Source of the DNA: a virus | Lineage: Duplodnaviria; Caudoviricetes | Strand: one strand, 5' to 3' | Virus record (IMG/VR): IMGVR_UViG_3300029305_005387 | Length of the DNA: 64,000 bases | Shown: piece after piece, positions 49,881 to 60,521 of the stretch | Layout of the letters: each line of letters starts with the position of its first letter | Numbering within the stretch: the first letter of the stretch is position 1 | Translations under genes and position numbers: made by a program | The notes under the pieces: model-generated | The model's input: only the letters and a program-made list of their open reading frames with translations | The model's database searches: none | What the model was told of the DNA's origin: nothing

Positions 49881-51137
49881 ATGTATGATGTAATTAAAAT
49901 GACAAATCCTCATAATTTTACAAATGCTTTATACGAAGAATCAGCTTTCAGTAATATTGCATCTGTGAATAATGAACAATTCTTTTCTGAAGCAGTTTTT
50001 ATTGATGGTAAAGAATCTCTTCAGAAGTGTGTAGAATGTATCCAGAAAATTAAAGATGAATTGGATAAACAGGTACAAATACAGATTGACAGTGAAAAGG
50101 CTGTTAAAGAAGCAAGAAAAAATAGAAGTAAAGAAAAGCTGGAACTTAAACCTTTTGATCCTAAAGCTTTTTGGAAAAATACTCTATTTAAAGATTTAGA
50201 AGATGAACTTGCTAGAGTATTTGGATTTAGATTTGTTTCCATCAATCCATATAATGAAAGGTATATCTCAAGTCAGAAAACATTCGAATCCAGAATGTTG
50301 AATGCATATGTAGGACACATCGATAGATTTCCTATTGAGGGTCTTGTAACTGATAAAGGTTTTTATGATAAAACCAAATCAATCACTATGGAAATCTATA
50401 TTACTCTTGGATTACTTTCAGCACTAACTGCAGAAGAAATTATGGGTGTTATACTACATGAATTTGGTCATTCGATTGATCCTGCAATTGTTGATATCAA
50501 ATATATTGAAACAAATATTCTTACCAAGTACTTGACAGATCGTAAGAAAGAAATCAATAAGAATGAAAAACGCCATATGGAAAAAAGTAAACGAACTGTT
50601 TACAAAATGTTTCTAAGTGCGATTTCCTGGATTAAAGGATTCTCTATTTTGGATATCTTCAGTAAGAAAGGTAAAGAGAAGAGAGATCTTGACAAGATTA
50701 AGAAAGCATTAGAAAAAGATAAGAAAGAATTTACTCGTCAGGAATATGGAGAAGCATATGCTGATAACTTTGCACGTATGTATGGATTCGGTCCTCAACT
50801 TGCAAGTGCCTTTAAGAAGATGAGTAAGAATCAGGAAAAAACGATTAATTCTCGAATCAAGAAAGAAAAGATCAGACAGAGTATAATTGTTTCAATCACT
50901 CTTGACTTGATTAATGATGTTCATAAAACTGACATCCATAGAGTCCGTGCATTAATTCGTGAATATAAAGAGGATTTAAAAGATCCTAATATACCTGAAA
51001 AAACTAAGAAACAAATTGAAGAGGATCTGAAAGAGGTTGAGAAAGTCCTTGATGAATATTTAAATAACTTCAGTGAATTCCAAAACCGTGTCAATCAGTT
51101 GATTAATGAAGAATTAGAAAAGAAAGAGGATAATTAA
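49881..51137 (+). CDS. Zn metallopeptidase (HEXXH, M48-like)
   Basis: LT.EEI.GVILHEFGH and downstream EAYADNFA...G. Confidence 0.75.
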   Translation: MYDVIKMTNPHNFTNALYEESAFSNIASVNNEQFFSEAVFIDGKESLQKCVECIQKIKDELDKQVQIQIDSEKAVKEARKNRSKEKLELKPFDPKAFWKNTLFKDLEDELARVFGFRFVSINPYNERYISSQKTFESRMLNAYVGHIDRFPIEGLVTDKGFYDKTKSITMEIYITLGLLSALTAEEIMGVILHEFGHSIDPAIVDIKYIETNILTKYLTDRKKEINKNEKRHMEKSKRTVYKMFLSAISWIKGFSILDIFSKKGKEKRDLDKIKKALEKDKKEFTRQEYGEAYADNFARMYGFGPQLASAFKKMSKNQEKTINSRIKKEKIRQSIIVSITLDLINDVHKTDIHRVRALIREYKEDLKDPNIPEKTKKQIEEDLKEVEKVLDEYLNNFSEFQNRVNQLINEELEKKEDN

Positions 51138-51275
51138 TTTTATCTTTTCACAGTACTATTTAATAATCAAAAAAGCTAGCTTGCCGCGGTAAAATATATT
51201 TTTAGTTCATTCAAGGATAATTTCAATAATGAAAAAGTAAGGAATAATTATATATGGTTGCTAACGCACTCCATA

Positions 51276-51315
51276 GTGTAAATGGTACTTGGGATATCCC
51301 AAGTACCATTTACAC
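51276..51315. terminator. Perfect palindrome, bidirectional terminator
   Basis: GTGTAAATGGTACTTGGGAT/ATCCCAAGTACCATTTACAC. Confidence 0.7.
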
Positions 51316-51324
51316 ATATATCTT

Positions 51325-51483
51325 TTAGTATCCTTTATAGCCTGGCTGCTTACGTTGTTCATCTAACATTCTATTCCTGATTTCGGCTTCAATCTCCGCT
51401 TGCCTAATTCTTTCCTTTTCAGCCTGGAGGGCTGCTTCTATTTTAGCCTGTTCCTCACTAGTGAATTTCTTATCGTTACTCAT
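51325..51483 (-). CDS. Small 52-aa coiled-coil protein
   Basis: Not in the track. AAAGGAG RBS; MSNDKKFTSEEQAKIEAALQAEKERIRQAEIEAEIRNRMLDEQRKQPGYKGY. Confidence 0.6.
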   Translation of the reverse strand: MSNDKKFTSEEQAKIEAALQAEKERIRQAEIEAEIRNRMLDEQRKQPGYKGY

Positions 51484-51520
51484 TTTATATAACTCCTTTC
51501 ATGATTTATTATATGTTAAT

Positions 51521-51778
51521 TTAATGGCTATTTATTCCATTAAAAGGACATTCATTGCAAAATAATTCTATCAAACATGTATTATTATAATTCTTACATT
51601 TACGTGTGAAATTTTCCATAATAAATACAGCTTCTACTACATCTCCTTTATTCATTTCATTATTAAATTCTTCTAAAGGAAATGTTTCTATTCGTGATTC
51701 TTTTTCTTTTATTAATCTCTTTACTATAAAATGATGTCTTATGTTTCTTAAAATTCTTATCATATTTTTACCCTCCAT
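51521..51778 (-). CDS. Small hypothetical protein (true start probably 51763)
   Basis: GGAGG lies inside the first codons; Cys cluster at the C-terminus. Confidence 0.5.
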   Translation of the reverse strand: MEGKNMIRILRNIRHHFIVKRLIKEKESRIETFPLEEFNNEMNKGDVVEAVFIMENFTRKCKNYNNTCLIELFCNECPFNGINSH

Positions 51779-51851
51779 AATATATGTCCCAATAATATTT
51801 ATAAAATTATGGGCCCTCTCTTTATTTTATTATGGGGATAATATATAATTA

Positions 51852-53573
51852 TTAAAATTCATATATTAAAAAATCCATTAGCGGTGCGAAGGCTGCAACT
51901 TCGGGTTTACAAGAGACGGAAGCCCCGGTGTTCCAGTACGAGGACGAAACCAGAAAGTTCAAGAGGCACGCGAACGCACCGCAATTAGAACCAACGTCCG
52001 AACAACCGCCGAACAGGGCAAACCTGATATCGGTGGTTCTGAACCAACCTCCGTCGCAATATTTCGTTGTTGAAGAACCATTGAGCGTGCTCATGAAGAG
52101 ACCGAAATCGTTGACTTTCATATCATTGATATATCCATAATAGTAGTCATTGTTGACTAAGTTAGAACATACAGGACTAAAGCCAAGATTGATATATCCT
52201 TCACCAGTTTCATTGTAGTCTGTAGCTGTAGATCCATCAGCAGTTCCCTTAGTCATCTTACATTTCATTACACCATTATCCAGAATCAAACCAGCAGTTC
52301 TCTTCCAGATATTACCCCAGAAATGTTCAATACCGAATACCTTAACACCGAGATTTCTCTTGGAAGATCCCCAGAATAATCCCTTATCGTTCATAGTACC
52401 AGTAGGAAGAACACCATTGCCGTCAGAACCAGTAGGCTTATCATTGTAACCGTTTTCATTACCAAGACCAAATACAGACTGTGTATCAGTGGATTTACCA
52501 ATCAATACACAAAGTAATGACAGTAACTGACGGTCAGCAAGTACGTCAATATCCCAGATATCAACGCCTTCAGGGTTGTTTGCTCTAGCTTCCTGAATCT
52601 GGACAGTACCAGTCTGAGATCTAGTAGGACTCTTACCAGAAACAGAACGAAGTTTACCGTCAGTGTCTACCCAACCATCATATGCAGCTCTGTAGAAGTA
52701 AGGCATAATATTACCATTTACATCAGTATGAGCATATGCATGATAAGAATCATCTACCTTAGTTGCTGCGAAGTAGAACTTAGGCTTACGAGGAGCAGTT
52801 ACATCTACCTTCATGTATACAGTAGGAATACCTACCATTACGTTACCTGCACAGTTTTCATCGATAGTAGCAGCTGCACCATTAACTGTCTTAGTATAAT
52901 CGAAACGATCAAGTTCAACGTTAACTGTACCATCGAAGTTAAGAATTACAGGCTTGATATTCTTCAAGAACCATACGTTTGCCCAGTCACCGGATTCAAA
53001 CTTATCAGCAGTCATATCCATGTATGCAGGCTGATATGTAGCATTCTCACCAATGTATCGTACACGATCATATGGATCAGCTTCATCAAGATCTAATTCG
53101 AAACCGAATACTGCAGAAGACTTAGCAGTCATATCCTGAGCGATATCACGAGCAACAGGATTACCACTTGCATCGAAACCAAGGAACTGATTTTCAGTAC
53201 CAATGATCTTGTTCACCTTAGCTTTGTCAGCTGCAGGCATAAGACCAGGTGCAGACTCAGTAGCTGCTCCGTATGTAGTATCCTTTGTAGGAGGTGTATA
53301 ACCCAAAGCTTCAGTTACATTTTCTTTAGTCATCTCACCAAGAATTGTTGCAGCAGATTTATTTTCTACTTTATCCAACCCAAGAGTAGATTTTGTGATG
53401 TTATGAGGGTTTGAAGCTCCAGCATGCTCAGCAATACCAGGGGCTTTCAGAGTTACTTTGGAACCATCCTGTGTCAATTCAACACCATTGGATGCTTCCA
53501 GTGTAATAGCATTTTGACCATTGATTTTGGCAGGATCACCAACGACCTTGCCAAGGTTAATCTGTTTTGCCAT
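51852..53573 (-). CDS. Tail fibre / receptor-binding protein with C-type-lectin-fold C-terminus; DGR target
   Basis: Tail-fibre repeats NPHNITKSTLGLDKVENKS, VTEALGYTP, TTYGAAT...GLM.AADK; CLec-type GIEHFWGNIW; VR at the 3' end. Confidence 0.88.
   Translation of the reverse strand: MAKQINLGKVVGDPAKINGQNAITLEASNGVELTQDGSKVTLKAPGIAEHAGASNPHNITKSTLGLDKVENKSAATILGEMTKENVTEALGYTPPTKDTTYGAATESAPGLMPAADKAKVNKIIGTENQFLGFDASGNPVARDIAQDMTAKSSAVFGFELDLDEADPYDRVRYIGENATYQPAYMDMTADKFESGDWANVWFLKNIKPVILNFDGTVNVELDRFDYTKTVNGAAATIDENCAGNVMVGIPTVYMKVDVTAPRKPKFYFAATKVDDSYHAYAHTDVNGNIMPYFYRAAYDGWVDTDGKLRSVSGKSPTRSQTGTVQIQEARANNPEGVDIWDIDVLADRQLLSLLCVLIGKSTDTQSVFGLGNENGYNDKPTGSDGNGVLPTGTMNDKGLFWGSSKRNLGVKVFGIEHFWGNIWKRTAGLILDNGVMKCKMTKGTADGSTATDYNETGEGYINLGFSPVCSNLVNNDYYYGYINDMKVNDFGLFMSTLNGSSTTKYCDGGWFRTTDIRFALFGGCSDVGSNCGAFACLLNFLVSSSYWNTGASVSCKPEVAAFAPLMDFLIYEF
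51912..52025 (-). repeat. DGR variable repeat (VR)
   Basis: 114 nt, differs from the TR at 13 positions, all TR adenines. Confidence 0.95.
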
Positions 53574-53638
53574 TATTGATTATCTCCTTTCAAATTTTAT
53601 TTTGTAATTTTAATTAATCCCAAAATACAGGAATTAAT

Positions 53639-53995
53639 TTACACTGTTGCAATGAGATAGCCATTTTCATCAATATTGAATGAATATCTCGCTACAGCAT
53701 TATCATCTGTAGTTTCATTCGAATTAAGAATTAAATAACCATCCTCATTGATAGATAGATCTACTTCTGCTTCATCAGGAACATTGATAACGAGATATCC
53801 GCTTGAAGTATCAATATCAAACGCATAATTAACCGTTACATCTAATGCATTAATTTTTGCATTTAATGTTCTCATGTCTGATTCATAGGTAGTTCTACGA
53901 ACATAGTTGTCCTCAACTATCTGGAACACTGCTTGTAGGAGCACATCTAGTCCAGCCTCGTCAAGAACATACATTTTTTCAACTCCTGTGCTCAT
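53639..53995 (-). CDS. Hypothetical protein in the tail-fibre operon
   Basis: Start moved to ATG 53995 (GGAGG RBS); repeated I(D/N)xxGYL motif. Confidence 0.6.
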   Translation of the reverse strand: MSTGVEKMYVLDEAGLDVLLQAVFQIVEDNYVRRTTYESDMRTLNAKINALDVTVNYAFDIDTSSGYLVINVPDEAEVDLSINEDGYLILNSNETTDDNAVARYSFNIDENGYLIATV

Positions 53996-54093
53996 AATTT
54001 GTTTAACCTCCATTTCTTCATAAATTTATAAGGTTGTGATCTGAATACAGGTTCTTAAGGTAAACCCAAAACAATGAAAGTAGGTGTAAAGAT

Positions 54094-57000
54094 ATGAATG
54101 AAGTTTTATTCAATAATCTCGATTACGGAGCATATCAACTCGAGTATGATGATAATTATTATCTTAGCGAGAATATTAAATTTAATATTGCTGAATTTAA
54201 TAAACTCTATACTCGAAAGATACGTCTCCCTGAGGGAAATTCAAACATCATCTATCTCTTATCAAATACGTTCAACGGAGCATTGAATATGTTGAACAAC
54301 ATTATTGTTCCTCCATCTTATAGGAAGTTATATTATCCTCAATATTCCGTTGGAACATTCATGAAGAAGAGATATAGATTAAATGTCACTGATAAAAAGA
54401 CTCGTGATGATTTAATTAAACAGAAAACAAAGTTATCACCATATCAAACAAAGGTACTACCAAATACGCAGAATAACGTTATATTTTCCTGCGACCAGTT
54501 ATACGCAGTAATGAAACCAATTGTAGACTCATTAACTATTCAGCGTTGTTATACTGAATTCTTTCCTGAATTTATTTCTATTTTAGACAAATTATCACCT
54601 TCCAAACCTGCTAATACCAAACCTGATAGTGGTAATAGAATTATCATTATCGATGCAGATACATTTGCATTCAAACAAGGTGCTGGTTTAGAAGAGAATA
54701 AAGCCAATCCATTATATCTACTATATTTATCTTTTTTACGAAATAAGAAAGTAAATAAAAGTGCAGTAGATATTGACATGATGATTTGCTCTAAAAATTT
54801 ATTTTTGAAATTTAATCCTTCAAAAATTACTATGGATCAATGGAATCTCTTCAGAAGAGCTTTATTCAGAATCATGAATGCTAATTTGGATGATTACACA
54901 GATAATCTTACTCCAGAAGAAAAGAATGAACTCAATGAAACTGGAAAAGAAAAAGTTTTATCCAATATCGTAAAAGATACTGTGGAACCATATGTACAGA
55001 ATGTTTCAGGTTCAACTAAAGAAGTTCTTCAACATGCAGTTCAAAAGAAAGTGAAAAAAGAAGCAGCTAAGAAAGCTGCAATGGATGCAGAGATTAAAAA
55101 GGCTATCGGAAATACGAACATTGAAAAACCTGACATTTTCCGTCAAACTATTGAAAATCCTAATTCTGTTTTACATTCCAATCCAGTAGTTTCTCCATTA
55201 TCAAATAAACAGAATAATTTATTCCAATCATTGGCAGGTAGTTACCAATCTCTTACTACTGATACAGGTATGGAAGTCGATGATGAAGACAATTACGATT
55301 ATGATCGTCCTGAAGATACAGAAGAGAATTTAGAAGAGTTTGAAGATGATATCACTGCAGATGCTCAAGAAATTCTGGTAGATGATGAAGAAGTTGCACA
55401 AGAAGTTCTAGATGAAATTCAAAATAATGTAGCTCCTCTTGATAATAAACGCACATCTCCAATCAATAGTGCAAGGGATAAAAAATTAAGAGAAGAGCAA
55501 AAGAAAGTAGTTGTTGGTAAAGAAACAATTGAAGAAATTCTATCAAGAGATGCTTCAAATGTTCCGATTCAGGCTACTGATAAATCTAAAGTAATGAAGA
55601 CGTCAAATAAAAATATGACTCAAATCAAATTTACAAATTTTGACAAAACTTACATCGATGAATTATACATGAAGGATATCGTTGCATGTTTCGATATGTT
55701 AAAGGATAAAGAAACTCCTTTCTATGTAACAGGTATAGATATAAAAGACACTTCTACTACTTTAGATTTTAAAGAAACATGGACAGTTCATTTGAAAGAT
55801 GAAACTGGTAAACGTCATACTGTCAAAGTAGATATTCCTAAATTTCAGAATGATCGTTTCATGCTTATCAATGGTACACGTTTCATTATTCTTAAGCAGA
55901 ACTTCTATAATCCTCTAGTTAAGGATACTCCTGATACAGTTATCCTTACTACTAATTTCAACAAGATTACTATTTGTCGTAAGGCAACTAAATCGTTGAA
56001 TTCTGTTGAACGAATTTTCTCTCTTGTAAAGAAAAGTGGAGATAATAAATTATTCATGCCTGGCGATTCCAGTAAACCGAACATGAAGTATTTATCTTCA
56101 TTAGAGTATGATGAGTTATCAAGAAGAATTTTCCGTTTCAAAACAGATACATGTGAAATTTGTTTCTCTAGAGATTATATCAAAGATAATATGAGTGACA
56201 GCATTCCGACAAATATGAAGGGTAACGAATTCTTTATTGGTATTGAAGGAAATGAACCAATTCTTATCAATGAGGATACTGGCTTAGATAGACATAATCG
56301 TACTATTATTGAAATCATCGAGCAGCACCTTCCTCCTTCTTATAAAGAAACCTATCATTCTATTAAAGGACCTACACAATCAATGTATGTTGAAGCAAAA
56401 CTTGCTGGACAGTTTATCCCTATTATTACAACACTGATTGTATGGAATGGATTGCGTAGAACTCTAGACAGAATGAATATCACTTGGAAATTCGATGATA
56501 AAGCAAAACGAGTTCCTCAATCAACAGCGACAACAAAATACATCAGATTCGCTGATGGTGTACTTGAATATGAATCTCAAACATTTGCTCAATTGATTTT
56601 AAATGGTATTTCAAAGATGCATCCAGAACAATATCGTTTTGAAGACTTTGATTCTGAAATTGGATATGATGAATATGTCTACTCACAATGGGGATCATAT
56701 AACGGAATTACTGAAATCAAACGATTCAATGAATTCCTTGTTGATCCAATTACGAAGCAAGTGTGTAAAGATTTAATGTTACCTGACGATCCTTCTGGTT
56801 TAATGATTCATGCAGTAAAATTATTATGCGACAATGCTTTCGTGTCTAAAGCATCTGATAAATCATATCGTGTAAGATCAGTTGAAATGATCCCATCTAT
56901 TTTATATAGCTGCTTAGCAGATCAATATAAAATTCATGTGAAATCAGGTCGACGAATTCCAATGACATTGAATCAACGTTGTGTTATTACTAAACTTATG

Positions 57001-58530
57001 GCTGAAAAGACTGTAGAACCATATTCAGTTTTGAATCCGGTTGTTGAAGTAAGTAAAACACATACTGTTTCTACAAAAGGTTACAAAGGATCGAACTCTG
57101 ATCACTCTTATGATGAAGAGAAACGTTCATATGATCCAAGTGCAGTTGGTAAGCTCGCAATTTCTACGAGCCCCGACGGCAATGTGGGTATAAATAAAGT
57201 ACTTGTTACAGAACCTACAATTGCTAATGCTAGGGGCTACAGAGAACCAGTAGAAGATATTAATGAATTGAAAGATGTAAATATCTTTTCTCCTGTAGAA
57301 TTACTAACTCCAGGTACTGCTAGAAATGACGATCCAATTAGAACTGCAATTGCAGGTAAACAATCAGGTCACATAGTACCAGTAGTTGATGCATCTCCTG
57401 CATTAATCTCAAATGGTTATGATGAGGCTGTTCAATTCCATCTTTCTGATGACTTTGTTATCAATGCTGAAGAAGATGGAGAAGTGATTGAAGTAAATGA
57501 AGAGATTGGATTCATTGTTGTAAAATATAAATCTGGTAAAACTAGAGCAATTAATACTAAACCAGAAGTTGTTAAAAACTCAGGTGCTGGTTTCTTCCTT
57601 TCTAATCAATTGAAACCTACCTATACAAAAGTAGGTGAAAAATTTAAGAAAGATGAACCTCTTGCGTATCATGATAAATATTTCCGTTATTCCAAGATGA
57701 ATGGTTTGCGATTCTCGATTGGACCTCTTGTAAAGATGGGATTCATGTCTTCTTATAACACATATGAAGATGCAGGTATCTGTACAGAATCACTTGCTGA
57801 AAGAATGAAAACTTCCATTGTATATCAAGAAGTCGGTAAGTTCAAAAAGAATAATAATATTTTATCAATGGTAAAAATTGGCGATCATGTAAACATCGGT
57901 GATACATTAATCAAATTTGATGTTTCCGTAGAAGATAATGAATTAGCAAAATATCTTTCTAAATTAAATGAAGAAAATGCTGAATTATTATCTGAAGAAT
58001 CTAAGTCAGAAATTAAGACTATGCATGCTGGTAAAATAATTGATATCAAAGTGTATTCATTATTGGCACCGGAACAGTTATCAGAGTCTTTGGGAGCTGT
58101 TGTTCAGCAATACTTTGACAAAGGTACTTCTAAGAAAGAATTCTTAGAGAAGTTTGATCAGAATGATAGTATAATGAAAGCTGGTTATCTATTAACTGAC
58201 TCTACTGAACCTGTCAAAAGTAGATATAATTCAATTAAGGGTATTAAGGGCATTGACGTGCTAATTGAAATATATATTGAACACGGTGACGTTATGGGTG
58301 TTGGTGATAAGGTTGCATTATACGGACCTAATAAACAGATCATCTCTGAAATTATTCCAAAGGGATGGGAACCTTATTCTGAATCTAGACCTGATGAAGA
58401 AATAAGTGTACTGACATCTCCTGGTACAATTGCAAGAAGAATGACTAGTAGCATTATCCCAATCTCTGCTGCAATGCGTTGCATGGTCGAGCTGAAACGT
58501 AAGATCAAAGAAGAAATCAAATTCAAATAA
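54094..58530 (+). CDS. RNA polymerase beta, large N-terminal/middle part (probably virion RNAP)
   Basis: STSPDGNVG, DP.RTAIAGKQ..H, YNTYEDA, GDKVA.YGPNKQIIS RpoB motifs; lacks the extreme C-terminus, which 14600-15325 supplies. Confidence 0.88.
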   Translation: MNEVLFNNLDYGAYQLEYDDNYYLSENIKFNIAEFNKLYTRKIRLPEGNSNIIYLLSNTFNGALNMLNNIIVPPSYRKLYYPQYSVGTFMKKRYRLNVTDKKTRDDLIKQKTKLSPYQTKVLPNTQNNVIFSCDQLYAVMKPIVDSLTIQRCYTEFFPEFISILDKLSPSKPANTKPDSGNRIIIIDADTFAFKQGAGLEENKANPLYLLYLSFLRNKKVNKSAVDIDMMICSKNLFLKFNPSKITMDQWNLFRRALFRIMNANLDDYTDNLTPEEKNELNETGKEKVLSNIVKDTVEPYVQNVSGSTKEVLQHAVQKKVKKEAAKKAAMDAEIKKAIGNTNIEKPDIFRQTIENPNSVLHSNPVVSPLSNKQNNLFQSLAGSYQSLTTDTGMEVDDEDNYDYDRPEDTEENLEEFEDDITADAQEILVDDEEVAQEVLDEIQNNVAPLDNKRTSPINSARDKKLREEQKKVVVGKETIEEILSRDASNVPIQATDKSKVMKTSNKNMTQIKFTNFDKTYIDELYMKDIVACFDMLKDKETPFYVTGIDIKDTSTTLDFKETWTVHLKDETGKRHTVKVDIPKFQNDRFMLINGTRFIILKQNFYNPLVKDTPDTVILTTNFNKITICRKATKSLNSVERIFSLVKKSGDNKLFMPGDSSKPNMKYLSSLEYDELSRRIFRFKTDTCEICFSRDYIKDNMSDSIPTNMKGNEFFIGIEGNEPILINEDTGLDRHNRTIIEIIEQHLPPSYKETYHSIKGPTQSMYVEAKLAGQFIPIITTLIVWNGLRRTLDRMNITWKFDDKAKRVPQSTATTKYIRFADGVLEYESQTFAQLILNGISKMHPEQYRFEDFDSEIGYDEYVYSQWGSYNGITEIKRFNEFLVDPITKQVCKDLMLPDDPSGLMIHAVKLLCDNAFVSKASDKSYRVRSVEMIPSILYSCLADQYKIHVKSGRRIPMTLNQRCVITKLMAEKTVEPYSVLNPVVEVSKTHTVSTKGYKGSNSDHSYDEEKRSYDPSAVGKLAISTSPDGNVGINKVLVTEPTIANARGYREPVEDINELKDVNIFSPVELLTPGTARNDDPIRTAIAGKQSGHIVPVVDASPALISNGYDEAVQFHLSDDFVINAEEDGEVIEVNEEIGFIVVKYKSGKTRAINTKPEVVKNSGAGFFLSNQLKPTYTKVGEKFKKDEPLAYHDKYFRYSKMNGLRFSIGPLVKMGFMSSYNTYEDAGICTESLAERMKTSIVYQEVGKFKKNNNILSMVKIGDHVNIGDTLIKFDVSVEDNELAKYLSKLNEENAELLSEESKSEIKTMHAGKIIDIKVYSLLAPEQLSESLGAVVQQYFDKGTSKKEFLEKFDQNDSIMKAGYLLTDSTEPVKSRYNSIKGIKGIDVLIEIYIEHGDVMGVGDKVALYGPNKQIISEIIPKGWEPYSESRPDEEISVLTSPGTIARRMTSSIIPISAAMRCMVELKRKIKEEIKFK

Positions 58531-58562
58531 AAAATAAATAGAGAGGACCAAAACGGTCCTCT

Positions 58563-60521
58563 CTATTTGTTAATCATAATTACATACTCTTTGTTACCAC
58601 TGAAATGTGATTTGTTTACAATTTCATCTACTATATACTCCTTATACTTTACAGTATTATCTACTATAAATACATATCGTTCACATTTAAATCTAGATAG
58701 ACATTCGTCTATCCAATCATCACATGATAGGTCTTTTAGTTCAACATCATCCCAATTCTCTTTCATGTTATACGGAGAGCAGGTAAATAAACATTCATAT
58801 TCTCCAGTGGATTCAAATATATCTTGTTGTATTATAGATGCTTCAAATTGAATATCATATTTCTTTAAGAATTCAATCATTAAGTTCGACTCATTAACAT
58901 GAATCTGACTAATGTCTTGTCCTATATATCTTTTACCTAATGATATTGCTCCTAACATACGTCCTGAGAATCCACTGAATGGATCGAATATTTCATTATA
59001 TTGTGATAAATATTTATAAATAATCATCTTTGCTCTACCTGCACTGAATACGGATACTTTCGGTGCTATTTTGGATACATTAAATCCTTGGAGTATTTTA
59101 TTTGGATTTAAATGAGATTGATAAATGATTCTGTTCTTGATACATTCTTTCAACAGCTCGTCATCCATCCATGCATCATACGGTGAAAGTTCTCCATCTC
59201 TGTGAGCTCTGTAAATAGATGGATGAAAATGTTGTATAAGTCTATCTCCAATACGTGTATTCAATGATAATGAATTATGATATTTATCATTACAATCCAT
59301 TCTATATAATTTATCATATGAACGTAATAATTCTTTATCACTAAATCTCAACTCAGGAAATGGGATAGATCTAAAATGTTTGAATAAATATTCTACGTAT
59401 TCGTCGTAATTAATCATTAATAATTCTATAAGTTCTTTAAAGCATCTACCGATGTTCCCTTCCTGAATTATAAAATGAATTATGTCAGAATCCTCTGGTA
59501 TTGACTGACTTCTCTTTTCATCATATTCTTCTTTACTATGAATTCCATCATAATCACATGAGTCTGCGTGGAAGTAAGATCCATCTAAATCAACTACAGC
59601 TACTAATTCATGACTGAGATTATATATTCCGTAATCCCATGAATGTGCAGATTTATTTGTAAATAATACAATTTCAGGTTTCAAATAAAATTCATTAATC
59701 AAATGAGAATTACTAAACATTTCTTCAAATTTTTGGTGTAATAAATTATTTTTACCTGAAGATGATAAACGTTTTTTAATTAATGTAGCCTTTTGTTCAT
59801 TTGTGAGATTATCGTATAATACTTGTTTCTCCATCGCATATAATATTTTTTGATCGTGAGTTAAATCATGATACCATTTATGAGTTCTTTTATATAATTC
59901 TTTTTTCTCTTCTTCACTCAAGTTTTGATGCCACTGAGACATGGCTTTGGATCGTTCAAGTTTCTCTTCCATAGAAAGAGTTGCATTATATTCTTTCATT
60001 CGTTGAGATAATTCTTGTCTTTTAATAGCTTTTTCTTCTTCAGATAAATTAATCCACCATTTTCTTCCAATGACAGATTTCTCCTCATCTGTTAGTGAAT
60101 CACGTTTATCTTTCAAAGCTTTAATCATTGGAGTAACTCGTTTCATTTTATCTTTATCAGAAACTTTTCTCCAATGACGTTTTAATCCTTTAGAATTCTT
60201 TTTATTAATATTATTCCATTCTTCTTTAGATCTTTTGGATAGTTGATCTTTAGTTCTTTGAGCATATTTCTCTTTATCTTGATCCGATAGATTCTGATAA
60301 TGATCTATATGCTTCTGTCTAAACTTTTCCTGATCTTCTTTAGATAAATTAGAAAACCAATTTTTCTTTGCTAATTTTGTATGTTCTTTCATACATGATT
60401 GACATAAATTAGGAATATTACGTTTAGTACGTATTCTTTGATTGTCTTTAGAAATTTGATACTGGCCTTTACATCTGTCACATATTAAATCTATCATAAC
60501 TTTTTCTACCATATTATTCAC
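58563..60521 (-). CDS. Fusion of Zn ribbon, tandem helical repeats, Vsr/DUF559-like nuclease and DNA methyltransferase-like domain
   Basis: CDRC...CQSC; about ten (W/Y)xxL(S/T)xE(E/Q)K repeats; WDYGI...VDLDGSYFH; IFDPFSGFSGRMLG...YIGQD...FTCSPY. Confidence 0.6.
   Translation of the reverse strand: MNNMVEKVMIDLICDRCKGQYQISKDNQRIRTKRNIPNLCQSCMKEHTKLAKKNWFSNLSKEDQEKFRQKHIDHYQNLSDQDKEKYAQRTKDQLSKRSKEEWNNINKKNSKGLKRHWRKVSDKDKMKRVTPMIKALKDKRDSLTDEEKSVIGRKWWINLSEEEKAIKRQELSQRMKEYNATLSMEEKLERSKAMSQWHQNLSEEEKKELYKRTHKWYHDLTHDQKILYAMEKQVLYDNLTNEQKATLIKKRLSSSGKNNLLHQKFEEMFSNSHLINEFYLKPEIVLFTNKSAHSWDYGIYNLSHELVAVVDLDGSYFHADSCDYDGIHSKEEYDEKRSQSIPEDSDIIHFIIQEGNIGRCFKELIELLMINYDEYVEYLFKHFRSIPFPELRFSDKELLRSYDKLYRMDCNDKYHNSLSLNTRIGDRLIQHFHPSIYRAHRDGELSPYDAWMDDELLKECIKNRIIYQSHLNPNKILQGFNVSKIAPKVSVFSAGRAKMIIYKYLSQYNEIFDPFSGFSGRMLGAISLGKRYIGQDISQIHVNESNLMIEFLKKYDIQFEASIIQQDIFESTGEYECLFTCSPYNMKENWDDVELKDLSCDDWIDECLSRFKCERYVFIVDNTVKYKEYIVDEIVNKSHFSGNKEYVIMINK

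Noticed and set aside
51887-51903. CGAAG-N7-CTTCG hairpin after the VR as the DGR homing hairpin
   Set aside because: The position is plausible, but a 5-bp stem is too weak to call.
430-58851. Numerous short ORFs antisense to or nested in long genes (e.g. 430-933, 2981-3349, 15895-16515, 52728-53096)
   Set aside because: No RBS, F/S/L/I-biased composition, and fully overlapping well-supported genes; these are shadow ORFs.
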